Shown here piece by piece: positions 53,189 through 63,276 of a stretch of 64,000 nt of DNA; position 1 is the first letter of the stretch, and each line of letters starts with the position of its first letter. The notes under the pieces were generated by a model. The model saw only the letters and a program-made list of their open reading frames with translations. It was not told where the DNA came from and did no database searches. The position numbers and the translations under genes are program-made. This DNA is from an uncultured Chloroflexia bacterium (GTDB taxonomy: Bacteria > Chloroflexota > Dehalococcoidia > UBA2979), in contig CAVSIV010000006.1 of NCBI GenBank assembly GCA_963728205.1, forward strand, positions 640,001-704,000, in the 5' to 3' direction.

Positions 53189-54610
53189 ATGGTTAACCAG
53201 CGTGCACTGCCCGCCGAGCGTCCGATGACGGTCGGCCAGCTGCGGGCATCCGGCTACCAGGTGCGGCCCGTGCGCGAGGAGATGCGGAACAACCTCATCG
53301 CCCGCCTGCGCTCCGGGGAGTCGCTCTTCCCGGGCATCGTCGGCTACGAGGAGACCGTCATCCCGCAGCTGGAGAACGCGATCCTCTCGGGGCAGGACAT
53401 CATCCTGCTCGGCGAGCGCGGGCAGGCGAAGTCGCGCATCATTCGCAGCCTCACGAGCCTGCTCGACGAGTGGACGCCCGTCCTCGCCGGCTGCGAGATC
53501 CCGGAGAACCCGTTCGCGCCGATCAGCCGCCAGGGTCGCGAGCTGGTGGAGGAGCACGGCGAGGACGCGATGCTCGAGTGGGTCCACCGCGACGACCGCT
53601 ACGGCGAGAAGCTCGCGACGCCCGACATCACCATCGCCGACCTGATCGGCGAGGTGGACCCGATCAAGGTCGCCGAGGGCCGCTACCTCTCCGATGAGCT
53701 CACCATCCACTACGGCCTGATCCCGCACACCAACCGCGGCATCTTCGCCATCAACGAGCTGCCCGACCTCGCCGAGCGCATCCAGGTCGGCCTCCTCAAC
53801 GTGATGGAGGAGCGCGACGTCCAGATCCGCGGCCACAAGGTGCGCCTGCCGCTCGACGTGCTGATCGTCGCGACGGCGAACCCCGAGGACTACACGAACC
53901 GCGGCCGCATCATCACCCCGCTCAAGGACCGCTACGGCTCGCAGATCCGCACCCACTACCCGCGGACCATCGAGCACGAGATGCGGATCATGGAGCAGGA
54001 GGGCACGGTCTTCGAGAGCGACGACTTCGACGTCGCGGTGCCCGAGTACATGAAGGAGATCGTCGCGGAGATCACGCGGCTGGCCCGCCGCTCGCCCGAC
54101 GTCAACCAGCGCTCCGGCGTCTCGGTGCGCGCCTCGGTCGCAAACTACGAGGCGATGCTCGCGAACGCCCTGCGCCGCGCCATCCGGCTCGGCGAGACCG
54201 ACGTCGTGCCGCGCGTGTCGGACCTCCCGTTCGTCATGCCGGCGCTGCAGGGCAAGGTCGAGCTCGAGACCGTCGAAGAGGGCAAGGACGAGCAGATCAT
54301 CGAACGCCTGATCCACGGCGCGGTGGTCGCGGTGTTCAACCGCACGACCGCCGATGCGACGCTCGAGCCGGTGATCGAGGCCTTCAAGAGCGGCATCTCG
54401 GTGGAGACCGGCGAAGCGATGGCCTCGGGGCAGTACCAGCGGCTGCTCGGCCAGATCGACGGCCTCAAGCCGATCGTCGACTCCGTGACGCACGGCGACG
54501 CGCGCTCGGCGGTGCAGGCGTCGGCCATCGAGTTCGTGCTCGAAGGCCTGCACCTGAACAAGCGACTGAACAAGGACACGCTCCCGGGCCAGGCCCGCTA
54601 CCGCGGGTAG
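53189..54610 (+). CDS. ChlI/MoxR-like AAA+ ATPase
   Basis: Walker A variant GERGQAKS, INELPDLAERIQV, ANPEDYTNRGRIITPLKDR. Confidence 0.9.
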   Translation: MVNQRALPAERPMTVGQLRASGYQVRPVREEMRNNLIARLRSGESLFPGIVGYEETVIPQLENAILSGQDIILLGERGQAKSRIIRSLTSLLDEWTPVLAGCEIPENPFAPISRQGRELVEEHGEDAMLEWVHRDDRYGEKLATPDITIADLIGEVDPIKVAEGRYLSDELTIHYGLIPHTNRGIFAINELPDLAERIQVGLLNVMEERDVQIRGHKVRLPLDVLIVATANPEDYTNRGRIITPLKDRYGSQIRTHYPRTIEHEMRIMEQEGTVFESDDFDVAVPEYMKEIVAEITRLARRSPDVNQRSGVSVRASVANYEAMLANALRRAIRLGETDVVPRVSDLPFVMPALQGKVELETVEEGKDEQIIERLIHGAVVAVFNRTTADATLEPVIEAFKSGISVETGEAMASGQYQRLLGQIDGLKPIVDSVTHGDARSAVQASAIEFVLEGLHLNKRLNKDTLPGQARYRG

Positions 54611-54641
54611 GCCCGACCGGCACGTCCCGGACGGGGGAATC

Positions 54642-56990
54642 ATGGCCATCCGCTACCGCTACAGCGAGTGGGACGGCACGCAGGACATCCCGGGGCTCGA
54701 CGCGGAAGAGGTGCTCGAGGCCCTCTCCGACGACCTGATGAACTTCGGCGACCTCCAGCACGCGCTGCGCAACCTGATGCAGCGCGGGATGCGCACGCCG
54801 CAGGGCGGACGCATGCAGGGCCTGCGCGACCTGCTCCAGCAGCTGCGCCAGCAGCGCCGGCAGCGGCTCGACCAGTTCGACCTCGGCGGTGTGATGGAGA
54901 ACCTCCGCCAGCAGCTCGACGAGATCCTCGGCCTCGAGCGCGACGCCATCCAGGAACGGCTCGACCAGGCCGGTCCGCAGGGCGAGCCCCGCGCCGAAGG
55001 CCCGGAGGGCGGTGAGGGCGAGCGGGGCGACGGCCAGGACGGCGAGAGCGGCGACCAGTCCGGCCAGGATGGCCAACAGGGCCAGGACGGCCAGCAGGGT
55101 CCCCCCCGCGCCGGAGGTGCGCCGAACCAGCACGGCCAACAGGGCCACCGCGGCCAGCAGGCGCAGCGCGGCCAGCACGGACAGGGCCAGCGCGGCCAGC
55201 GACAGCGCGGCACGCCGCAGGCCGGCCAACAGGGCCAGTCGAGCGAGTCCGGCGACGAGGGCGCGGAGCGCGCCGACGGCCAGCCCGGCGGCCAGCAGTC
55301 CGGCGGCGCCGGCGACGAGCAGCAGCAGTTCCAGGACATGCTGCGCCGCATCGCCGAGCGCAAGCAGGAGGCCCTCGACCAGCTCCCCGAGGACCCCGCC
55401 GGCCAGGTCCGCGCACTGCAGGAGTACGAGTTCCTCGACCCCGACGCCCGCGACAAGTTCCAGCAGCTGCTCCAGCAGCTGAAGGAGTCGATGGCCCAGT
55501 CGTTCTTCAACGACGTCCAGAAGATGGTCGAGCAGATGTCCGAGGGCGACATGCAGCGCATGAAGGACATGGTCCGCGCGCTGAACGACATGCTCGCCCA
55601 GAAGATGCGCGGCGCGGAGCCCGACTTCGACTCCTTCATGGAGCAGTTCGGCGACATGTTCGGCGACAACCCGCCGCAGTCCCTCGACGAGCTCCTCCAG
55701 CAGATGCAGGCGCAGATGTCGGCGATGCAGTCGCTCATGGAGTCGCTGCCCTCCGACCAGCGCCAGCAACTGCAGGGCTTGCTCTCCGACAAGCTCGGCG
55801 ACCCCGAGCTGGAGTCCGAGCTCTCCGAGCTCGCGCAGAACCTCGACTTCCTCAACCCCTCGCGCGACCGCCCCTCGTCGTATCCGTTCCGCGGCGACGA
55901 GGAGATCGACCTCCAGCAGGCGATGAGCCTGATGCAGGAGATGCAGCAGCTCGATCAGCTCGAGCGCGACGTCGAACGCGCCCAGTACACGGGCGAGCTC
56001 GACCAGGTCGACGTCGACCAGCTCCGCGAGCTGCTCGGCGACGACGCGGTGAACACGTTCGAGGAGCTGAAGGACCTGCTCGAGACGCTCGAGCAGGCCG
56101 GCTACATCCGCAAGCAGGGCGACGAGTGGGAGCTGACCCCGCGCGGCACGCGCATGATCGGCCAGAAGGCGCTCGCCGAGATCTACCGCCAGCTGAAGAG
56201 CCAGGGCATCGGGAACCACAACGTCCCGGAGTCCGGCCGGCACGGCGAGCGCATCGACGAGTCGAAGCCGTACGAGTTCGGCGACCCGTTCCACCTGCAC
56301 ATGCAGAAGACGATCATGAACGCGCTCGAGCGCGAGGGCCCCGCGCGCCTCCCGATCCCGCTCACGCCCGACGACTTCGAGATCTACCGCTCGGAGCTCG
56401 TCACCCAGACGACGACCGTGCTGATGGTCGACCTCTCGTGGTCGATGGCGCTGCGCGGCTCGTTCCAGGCGGCGAAGAAGGTCGCGCTCGCGCTGCAGAA
56501 CCTGATCAAGGCGCAATACCCGCGCGACAGCCTCTACATCATCGGGTTCTCGGCCTACGCCCGGGAGCTGAAGGCGCACGAGCTGCCGTACGTGCGATGG
56601 GACGAGTCCGTCCTCGGCACGAACATGCACCACGCGCTGCTGCTCGCCGAGAAGCTGCTCTCGCGGCATCGCGGCGGCACGCGCCAGATCCTGATGATCT
56701 CGGACGGCGAGCCGACGGCGCACCTCGAGCGGGGCCGCTCGCAGTTCGCCTACCCGCCGAGCCCGATCACGATCCGCGAGACGCTGAAGGCCGTGAAGCG
56801 GGTCACCCAGCAGGAGATCACGATCAACACCTTCATGCTGGATCGGAACTACTACCTCAAGGAGTTCGTGAACCAGCTGGCGAAGATCAACGGCGGCCGC
56901 GTCTTCTACACCACGCCGGACAAGCTCGGCGAGTACATCCTCGTCGACTACGTCCAGCACAAGCGGAAGCGCCTCTCAGCGCGCACGTAG
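54642..56990 (+). CDS. VWA-domain partner protein with a Gln/Gly-rich insertion
   Basis: YRYSEWDGTQ; MIDAS DLSWSM, TNMHHAL, ISDGEPT. Confidence 0.9.
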   Translation: MAIRYRYSEWDGTQDIPGLDAEEVLEALSDDLMNFGDLQHALRNLMQRGMRTPQGGRMQGLRDLLQQLRQQRRQRLDQFDLGGVMENLRQQLDEILGLERDAIQERLDQAGPQGEPRAEGPEGGEGERGDGQDGESGDQSGQDGQQGQDGQQGPPRAGGAPNQHGQQGHRGQQAQRGQHGQGQRGQRQRGTPQAGQQGQSSESGDEGAERADGQPGGQQSGGAGDEQQQFQDMLRRIAERKQEALDQLPEDPAGQVRALQEYEFLDPDARDKFQQLLQQLKESMAQSFFNDVQKMVEQMSEGDMQRMKDMVRALNDMLAQKMRGAEPDFDSFMEQFGDMFGDNPPQSLDELLQQMQAQMSAMQSLMESLPSDQRQQLQGLLSDKLGDPELESELSELAQNLDFLNPSRDRPSSYPFRGDEEIDLQQAMSLMQEMQQLDQLERDVERAQYTGELDQVDVDQLRELLGDDAVNTFEELKDLLETLEQAGYIRKQGDEWELTPRGTRMIGQKALAEIYRQLKSQGIGNHNVPESGRHGERIDESKPYEFGDPFHLHMQKTIMNALEREGPARLPIPLTPDDFEIYRSELVTQTTTVLMVDLSWSMALRGSFQAAKKVALALQNLIKAQYPRDSLYIIGFSAYARELKAHELPYVRWDESVLGTNMHHALLLAEKLLSRHRGGTRQILMISDGEPTAHLERGRSQFAYPPSPITIRETLKAVKRVTQQEITINTFMLDRNYYLKEFVNQLAKINGGRVFYTTPDKLGEYILVDYVQHKRKRLSART

Positions 56991-56996
56991 GTGAGT

Positions 56997-57054
56997 GGAG
57001 TGCGGAGGGAAGTCCGGCGGGCCTCCGGCCCGGCCGGACTTCCCTCCGCACTCC
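56997..57054. terminator. Long GC hairpin (22-bp perfect arms) after the VWA gene
   Basis: GGAGTGCGGAGGGAAGTCCGGC...GCCGGACTTCCCTCCGCACTCC; no U-tract. Confidence 0.6.
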
Positions 57055-57102
57055 GGCCAGACGCCACTACCGCGCCCGGCCGCCACCGGCCATGCTTGAC
57101 GC

Positions 57103-58095
57103 ATGCGTCGACTGACGGTCTTGCTGGTGCTGCTGCTCGCCATCGTCGTGACCGGCACGACGTGGTTCGCCGTCTTCGAGCACTTCGACCTCGTCGACGC
57201 CTTCTACCAGGTCATCCTCACGCTCTCGACGGTCGGCTTCGAGGAGGTGCACCCGCTCGACCCGAGCGGACGCATCTTCACGATCTTCCTCATCCTCGGC
57301 GGCATCGGCGTCATGGCGACCGCCGCCACCCAGGTGGTCGAGCTCGTCGTCGTCGGCGAGCTGCAGGAGCGACTCGGGCTTGTGCGCTCGGGTCGAAAGG
57401 TGCGACGAATGGCGGACCACTACATCGTGTGCGGGTTCGGACGCGTCGGCGAGGAGATCGCGCGCGAGCTGCGCAATCGCCACGCCGAGGTCGTCGTCGT
57501 CGAGATGCAGCCCGACCGGCTGGCGCTGGCGCGCGAGCTCGGCTGCGGCACCGTGCAGGGCGACGCCACGGAGGAACCGCAGCTCGTCGAGGCCGGCGTG
57601 CAGCGCGCCCGGGTGCTGATCGCCGCCGCCGACTCCGACGTCGGCAACACCTACATCGCGCTCACCGCGCGCTCGCTCAACCCGCGCATCTTCATCGTCG
57701 CGCGCGCCGGCTCCGACGCCGCCGAGGCGCGCCTGCGCACCGCCGGCGCCGACCGCGTGATCTCGCCGTACCGCATCAGTGGGCGGCGCATGGCGCTCGC
57801 CGCCGTCCAGCCGATGATCCTCGACTTCGTCGACTTCCTCGCGACGCAGCGCGACGGCAACGCTGGCGTGCTCGCCGAGATCGTGGTGGACGAAACCCTC
57901 GCCGGTCGCACCATCGCCGACGCCTTCGCCGACGACGCGATCCGCGTGCTGGGCCTCGCGCGCTCGGGCGACCCGATCGTCGTCGGCCCGGGCGGCTCGG
58001 TGCGGCTGCAGTCCGGCGACCAGCTCATGATCTACGGCACGCAGGCGGCCATCGAGGCGCTGTCGGCGCGCAGCGCGGCGAACGGCCCGGCCTGA
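57103..58095 (+). CDS. Two-TM potassium channel with an RCK (TrkA-N/C) domain
   Basis: Filter LSTVGF; Rossmann motif VCGFGRVG; GDAT. Confidence 0.92.
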   Translation: MRRLTVLLVLLLAIVVTGTTWFAVFEHFDLVDAFYQVILTLSTVGFEEVHPLDPSGRIFTIFLILGGIGVMATAATQVVELVVVGELQERLGLVRSGRKVRRMADHYIVCGFGRVGEEIARELRNRHAEVVVVEMQPDRLALARELGCGTVQGDATEEPQLVEAGVQRARVLIAAADSDVGNTYIALTARSLNPRIFIVARAGSDAAEARLRTAGADRVISPYRISGRRMALAAVQPMILDFVDFLATQRDGNAGVLAEIVVDETLAGRTIADAFADDAIRVLGLARSGDPIVVGPGGSVRLQSGDQLMIYGTQAAIEALSARSAANGPA

Positions 58096-58215
58096 GCCGG
58101 CTGAGGAGCCACGCGGTCCCCGTGCTGACGAGCCGCTCACTCCGAGCCGCCGACGAGCCGCTCACTCCGAGGCGCTTCTCAGCCCGCTGATGCGGGGCCG
58201 TTCGCCGAGAGACGA

Positions 58216-59310
58216 CTAAATCCACACTCCGGGCTCGGCCTGCCAGAAGAACTGCACGAGCATGCCGCCGGTGTCACGCGGGTGGATGAACGCCTCGCGC
58301 CACGGCACGTCGTTCGTCTCGCCCGCACGCTCGCCGAACACGTGCACGCCGTGGTGCGTGCATGCCGCGAGCGCCCGCTCCCAGTCGCCCACCTCGAACG
58401 TCACGTGGTGCATCGACGGGCCACGCTCCTCCAGGAAGCGCTGGATGAACGAATCCGGGCCGGCCGGTGCGATGACCTCGAAGCGCAGCTGTCGCGTCGT
58501 CGTCTCCAGCACGACCGTGCGAAAGCCCGAGCCGGCGTCCCCGTCGTCGGGCGTGCGGAAGACCTCGTGCATGCCGAAGACGCGCGTGTACCAGTCGGCG
58601 AGCTCGTCGCGGTCGGCGTGCGCATGGGCGAGATGGTTCACGGCGATGATGCCGAGCGTGTGCTCCGACTCGTCCTCGAACGGCTCCCCCGTGTGCCACG
58701 GCTCGCCGGCATAGAGCTGGTAGAGAAAGCCCTGGCCGCCCTGCCGTGGATGGACGTAGGTCACCCCGTGCGGGTCGGACGCGCGGTCGCCGCCCTCGCT
58801 CGCAGTGCCCCCGCCGGCCGGCTCGGCGGCGATGGCGCTCGCCCACGGCGCGCTCGCCTCGGGCGCACGCGGGGTCATGCCCGCCGGCATCGGCGCGTCG
58901 CCCACCTCCACCTCGCCGGGAGCGGCGCCCGCACCGTCATCGCCCCCACCGTCCGCTCCGTCTCCATCGGCGTCGTCGCCGTCGCGCCGCGATCCCCACG
59001 GCGTGATGCCCACCACGCGCAGCCCCGCCTCCGCCGCGCCGATGTCCGGCACGCGCAGCGCGACGTGGTGCAGCCCGGGCCCGTGCGCCCCGCGCAGGAA
59101 GCGGTGGAGGTAGGAGTCGGGCCCGTTCGGCGCGAGCACCTCCCAGCCGAGCCCCGAGTGGCCGGGAATGTCGAGGTTCGCGCCGAAGAAGCCTGGCTCC
59201 TCGAAGCGGCCCGCGTACCGGAAGCCGAACAACGACTGCAGCAATTCGATCTGCGGGTCGAGCTCCGCGACGGCCATGCTGATGTGGTCGAACCGGGAGA
59301 TCTCGATCAC
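58216..59310 (-). CDS. Tandem VOC protein (methylmalonyl-CoA epimerase-like)
   Basis: DHISMAV...GPGLHHVAL and NHLAHA...GPSMHHVTF...FIHPRDTGGMLVQ. Confidence 0.85.
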   Translation of the reverse strand: MIEISRFDHISMAVAELDPQIELLQSLFGFRYAGRFEEPGFFGANLDIPGHSGLGWEVLAPNGPDSYLHRFLRGAHGPGLHHVALRVPDIGAAEAGLRVVGITPWGSRRDGDDADGDGADGGGDDGAGAAPGEVEVGDAPMPAGMTPRAPEASAPWASAIAAEPAGGGTASEGGDRASDPHGVTYVHPRQGGQGFLYQLYAGEPWHTGEPFEDESEHTLGIIAVNHLAHAHADRDELADWYTRVFGMHEVFRTPDDGDAGSGFRTVVLETTTRQLRFEVIAPAGPDSFIQRFLEERGPSMHHVTFEVGDWERALAACTHHGVHVFGERAGETNDVPWREAFIHPRDTGGMLVQFFWQAEPGVWI

Positions 59311-59429
59311 GGGGCCTCCTCACCGGGCAGGAGTCGCCATTCTAGCGAAGCGCCCCGTAGGCGCCCCCCGCAGCAGCACCTGCGCGAGACGCGCTGTGTC
59401 TCACGCGGACCCGACGCTAGCATCGCCCG

Positions 59430-60431
59430 GTGACCGAAGCCGCCCGCCCGACCGCGCGCCTCGCCGTCATCGTGCGCAACCCACGCGCTCGCGGCGCCGT
59501 CGACGCCGCGCCGCTCCGCGACGCCGCGGCCGGCCTGCGCGCCGCCGGCTGGCGGGTCGAGCTCGTCGACACCAACGCCCGCGCCCACGCCACCGCGCTC
59601 GCGCGCGACGCCGCCGCCGCCGGCGCAGAGGTCGTCGTCGCCTGCGGCGGCGACGGCACGATCGGTGAGGCCGCGCATGCGCTCGTCGGCACCGACACCG
59701 CGCTCGCCACGATCCCCGCCGGCACCGCCAACGTCTGGGCGCGCGAGGCCCGCATCCCGCGCGGCGACCCGGCGCGCGCGCTCGCGCTCCTCGAAGGCGG
59801 ACGACGAGCGCTGATCGACATCGGCGAGGCGACGCTCGCCGACGCTCCGCCGCGCCGCTTCTTCCTCGTCTGCAGCACCGGCGTCGACGCGGCGGTGGTC
59901 GAGAGCGTGGAGGCGCATCCCCGGCTCAAGCGACTGCTCGGCCGGGCATCGTTCGTCGCGATCGGCGCGGCGAAGGTCGCGACGCTGCGTCCGTCGGATG
60001 CGGAGATCGCGCTCGACGGCGGCCCCCCGCGCCGCGCCGCGCTCCTCATGGCCGTGCTCAGCAACACGCGGCTCTACGGCGGCACCGTGCCGCTCACCCA
60101 CGCGGCGCGCGCCAACGACGGCCGGCTCGACGTCGTGACCTTCGAGGACCGCGGCCCGCGTCTTCTCCGCCCCGCGCGCTACGTCGCGCTCGCCACGCGC
60201 GTGCTGCTGCGGCGCATCGGCAATCCCTCGGCCGCGCCGCCGCGCGGCGGCATCGCGTACCGCCAGGCCGAGCGCATCGAAATCCGCCCGTCGCGGCGCC
60301 TCGCCGTCGAGACGGACGGCGAGGCGATCGGCCACTGCACCCCCGACGCCCCGCTCTCGGTACGCGTCCTCCCCCGCGCGCTGACGATGGTGGTGGGCCC
60401 CGGCCCGAACCGCGTGCTCGGCGATACGTAG
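59430..60431 (+). CDS. Diacylglycerol/lipid kinase family protein
   Basis: NP, GGDGT, PAGTAN, YGG, DG. Confidence 0.88.
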   Translation: MTEAARPTARLAVIVRNPRARGAVDAAPLRDAAAGLRAAGWRVELVDTNARAHATALARDAAAAGAEVVVACGGDGTIGEAAHALVGTDTALATIPAGTANVWAREARIPRGDPARALALLEGGRRALIDIGEATLADAPPRRFFLVCSTGVDAAVVESVEAHPRLKRLLGRASFVAIGAAKVATLRPSDAEIALDGGPPRRAALLMAVLSNTRLYGGTVPLTHAARANDGRLDVVTFEDRGPRLLRPARYVALATRVLLRRIGNPSAAPPRGGIAYRQAERIEIRPSRRLAVETDGEAIGHCTPDAPLSVRVLPRALTMVVGPGPNRVLGDT

Positions 60432-60450
60432 CGGCTCGCGATCGTCCCCA

Positions 60451-60527
60451 CAGCGGCGGCAGACATGCCGCCGACCGGTCGCGGCCCGAGGGCCGCGTTG
60501 GCGTCGGCGGCATGTCTGCCGCCGCTT
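60451..60527. repeat. Inverted REP doublet between convergent genes
   Basis: CAGCGGCGGCAGACATGCCGCCGAC...GTCGGCGGCATGTCTGCCGCCGCTT, abutting the recF stop. Confidence 0.85.
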
Positions 60528-61695
60528 AGGTTCGCGTCACCGACCCCTCCGCCAGCCGGTACCGCGTCGCGCCGGGGAGTTCCGATGCCGACGGGCGGTC
60601 CTCGTCGGGCGTCGTGATGATCACCTGGTCGACCCCGTACGCCACGCCGAGCACCCGCTCGCGGCGGCGCGCGTCGAGCTCCGACAGGATGTCGTCGAGC
60701 AGCAGCACCGGCGGGTCGCCGGTGCGGTCCACCGACAGCGCCACCTCGGCCAGCCGCAGCGCGAGCGCCACGGTGCGCTGCTGCCCGCGCGACGCGAACG
60801 CCGCCGCCTCGCGGTCGTCGATCGCGAACGACACGTCGTCGCGGTGCGGGCCGATGCGCGTCATGCCGCGATCGATGTCGGCGCCGCGGCCGGCCTCGAA
60901 CGCCGCGCGCAGCCGCTCCGCGAGATCGTGCTCGGCCAGCGCCGCCGAGACGTCGTCGGGGACGGCCGGCCGGTAGCAGATCGCCAGCCGCTCGCCGGGC
61001 GGGCCGAGCTCCGCGTAGCGCTCGGCGGCATCGCGCCCCAGCCGGTGCAGCGCCGACGCGCGCCCGGCCAGCAGCACCGCGCCCGCCGCGGCCAGCTCCT
61101 CGTCCCAGAACTCGAGCTGGTCGGCGCCGCGCGACCGCCGCTCCTGCAGCCGCCGCAGCAGGCTGTTGCGCTGCTGCAGCACGCGCGCGTAGCGCTGCGA
61201 TGCCCGCACGTACGCCGGGTCGATCTGCGCCAGCGTGATGTCGAGATAGCGGCGCCGCAGCGCCGGCGGGCCCTCGACGATGCGCATGTCCTCCGCCGAG
61301 AACATCACCACGCGCAGGTGGCCGATCAGGTCGGACGCGCGCCGGGCGATGCCGTTCACCCGGAAGCGTCGCGACGCCCGCAGCCCCGCCGCACCGGTCG
61401 CGTGCTCGCCGCCGATCACCGCGACCTCGAGCGTCGTCCGGCCGGCCGCCGTCGTCACCTCGGCCTCCAGGCGCGCCGCCGGCAGCGGGTCCTCTGCGAC
61501 CGATTGCCAGGAGATGAGGTCGGCGTCGGTGCCCGGTCGCGCGCTGCGCGTCGTCGCGAGCAGCGCGATCGACTCCAGCAGGTTCGTCTTGCCGCTCGCG
61601 TTCGCGCCCACGACGAGGTGCGCGCCGCGCGTCAGCTCGAGCTCGAGCCGGCGGAAGGTGCGCACGTTGGTGAGTTCGAGGCGCGCGAGGTGCAT
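60526..61695 (-). CDS. recF: DNA replication/repair protein RecF
   Basis: GANASGKTNLLESI, GPHRDD, SRGQQR, LLLDDILSELD. Confidence 0.96.
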   Translation of the reverse strand: MHLARLELTNVRTFRRLELELTRGAHLVVGANASGKTNLLESIALLATTRSARPGTDADLISWQSVAEDPLPAARLEAEVTTAAGRTTLEVAVIGGEHATGAAGLRASRRFRVNGIARRASDLIGHLRVVMFSAEDMRIVEGPPALRRRYLDITLAQIDPAYVRASQRYARVLQQRNSLLRRLQERRSRGADQLEFWDEELAAAGAVLLAGRASALHRLGRDAAERYAELGPPGERLAICYRPAVPDDVSAALAEHDLAERLRAAFEAGRGADIDRGMTRIGPHRDDVSFAIDDREAAAFASRGQQRTVALALRLAEVALSVDRTGDPPVLLLDDILSELDARRRERVLGVAYGVDQVIITTPDEDRPSASELPGATRYRLAEGSVTRT

Positions 61696-61749
61696 GCCCG
61701 TCGATTATGCACGACGTCGCCGTTCGCCGCGGGCCTCGGGGTGGCCGGC

Positions 61750-63168
61750 TCAGCCCGCTGACGCGGGGCCGTTCGCCGCGGCGCGGAGGGCCACGCAGAA
61801 CCGCGCGCCGCCGCCGGGCACGTCCTCGACCCAGATGCGTCCGCCCTGCAGCTGCGTCAGCCGTCGCGCGACGGCGAGCCCCAGCCCGGAGCCGGGCACC
61901 TCCGCCGCGCCCGCGCGGCGCACGCGGTAGTACGACTCGAAGATGCGCTTGCGATCCGCGGGGTCGACGCCGGGTCCCGAGTCGTCGACCTCGATGCGCA
62001 CCTCGCCGCTGGCCGGCATCGCCGTGCGCACGACGATCTCGCCGCCCATCGGCGTGTGCCGGTTCGCGTTCGAGAGGAGGTTCAGCATCACCTGCTCGAG
62101 GTGACGGCGGTCCGCGGTCGCGTAGACCGCGTGCTCCGGCAGCTCCAGGCGCAGCGATTGCTCGCGCAGCATGAACGCCGGCCGCAGCACCGTCTCCGCG
62201 ACGCGCAGCGCCTCGCAGACGTCGACCGGCGCGGGGTCGAAGCGAAGGATGTCGGCGTCCGGGCGGCCGAGCTCGAGCAGGTCGTTGATGAGCGAAGTGA
62301 GCCAATCGACGCCGCGCGTGAGCGACGTCATCAGCTCGCCATGGCCACCCGCCGCGTCGTCGGCGCCCTCGGCCGTGATCAAATCCGCGAACGCGTGGAT
62401 CGAGGTGAGGGGCGTGCGCACCTCGTGGGCGATCGCGGCGAGGAATTCGCGGTGGCGCTGTGCCTGGTCCTCGAGCTCGCGCTCGCGCGCGTACGCCGCT
62501 TCGTAGAGCTCGGCCTGGTGCAGGATCGCGGCGAGCGGGCGGCTCGTCAGTTCGAGCAGCGCGGGATCGCGCAACGCACCGGCACGCGTCGCCGCGAGGG
62601 CCAGCACGCCGATCACCTCCTCGCCGCCGAGCAGGGGGACCGTCGCCAGCCACGGCCGGCGACCGAGGGCCGGCAGCAGCGGGTCGACCCAGGGATGCGC
62701 CTCGCGCACGCGTCGGAGCGTCGGCACCGGCGAGTCGTCGCCGAGCGGGACGTCCGGCGCGCCGTCGACCCACCCCGCGGGGTAGCCGGACGCGACGAGC
62801 GGGCGCAGCTCCGGCCCGCCGGCGTCGACGAGGGCGATCAGGCCGGCGTCGGCGAGCCCGGCCGCGACGAGCGCCGTCAGCGCGACGGCGGCGGCCTCCC
62901 GGATGCGTCGCGGCTCGCTGGCGAGATCAAGCAGCAGCGTCGCGAGCGCCAGCCGGCGGCGCTCGCGCATCAGCGAATGGAGGTGCGCGTAGACCGCCGC
63001 GAGCAGCAGCACGGCGAGCGCGACGTCGACCGCGGCCACCGGGGCGTCGAGCGCCTCGCGTCGGCCGAGCGTGATCGCGAAGTGCGCCGCGAGCACCACG
63101 AGGGCGACGACGAGCGCGACGAGCCGCAGACGCGCGCCCTGCCGCGTGATCGCCGCGAAGGCGCTCAT
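61750..63168 (-). CDS. Membrane GAF sensor histidine kinase
   Basis: 2 TM segments, GAF, AHEVRTPLTSI, NLLSNA, DSGPG, GSGLGL. Confidence 0.92.
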   Translation of the reverse strand: MSAFAAITRQGARLRLVALVVALVVLAAHFAITLGRREALDAPVAAVDVALAVLLLAAVYAHLHSLMRERRRLALATLLLDLASEPRRIREAAAVALTALVAAGLADAGLIALVDAGGPELRPLVASGYPAGWVDGAPDVPLGDDSPVPTLRRVREAHPWVDPLLPALGRRPWLATVPLLGGEEVIGVLALAATRAGALRDPALLELTSRPLAAILHQAELYEAAYARERELEDQAQRHREFLAAIAHEVRTPLTSIHAFADLITAEGADDAAGGHGELMTSLTRGVDWLTSLINDLLELGRPDADILRFDPAPVDVCEALRVAETVLRPAFMLREQSLRLELPEHAVYATADRRHLEQVMLNLLSNANRHTPMGGEIVVRTAMPASGEVRIEVDDSGPGVDPADRKRIFESYYRVRRAGAAEVPGSGLGLAVARRLTQLQGGRIWVEDVPGGGARFCVALRAAANGPASAG

Positions 63169-63276
63169 CGCGTCGGCCCCGAGCGCGACCGCCGTCCGGG
63201 CGCGCCGCCCGCCGGTCCGTGGTTCACGAGATGCCCGTCCACCCCCGCCGCGGGGGCCCCCGGGGTTGGCGGCAGC

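Noticed and set aside
53189-56990. Chlorophyll/cobalamin chelatase
   Set aside because: No ChlH/CobN or tetrapyrrole genes are nearby; this is the widespread ATPase-VWA pair.
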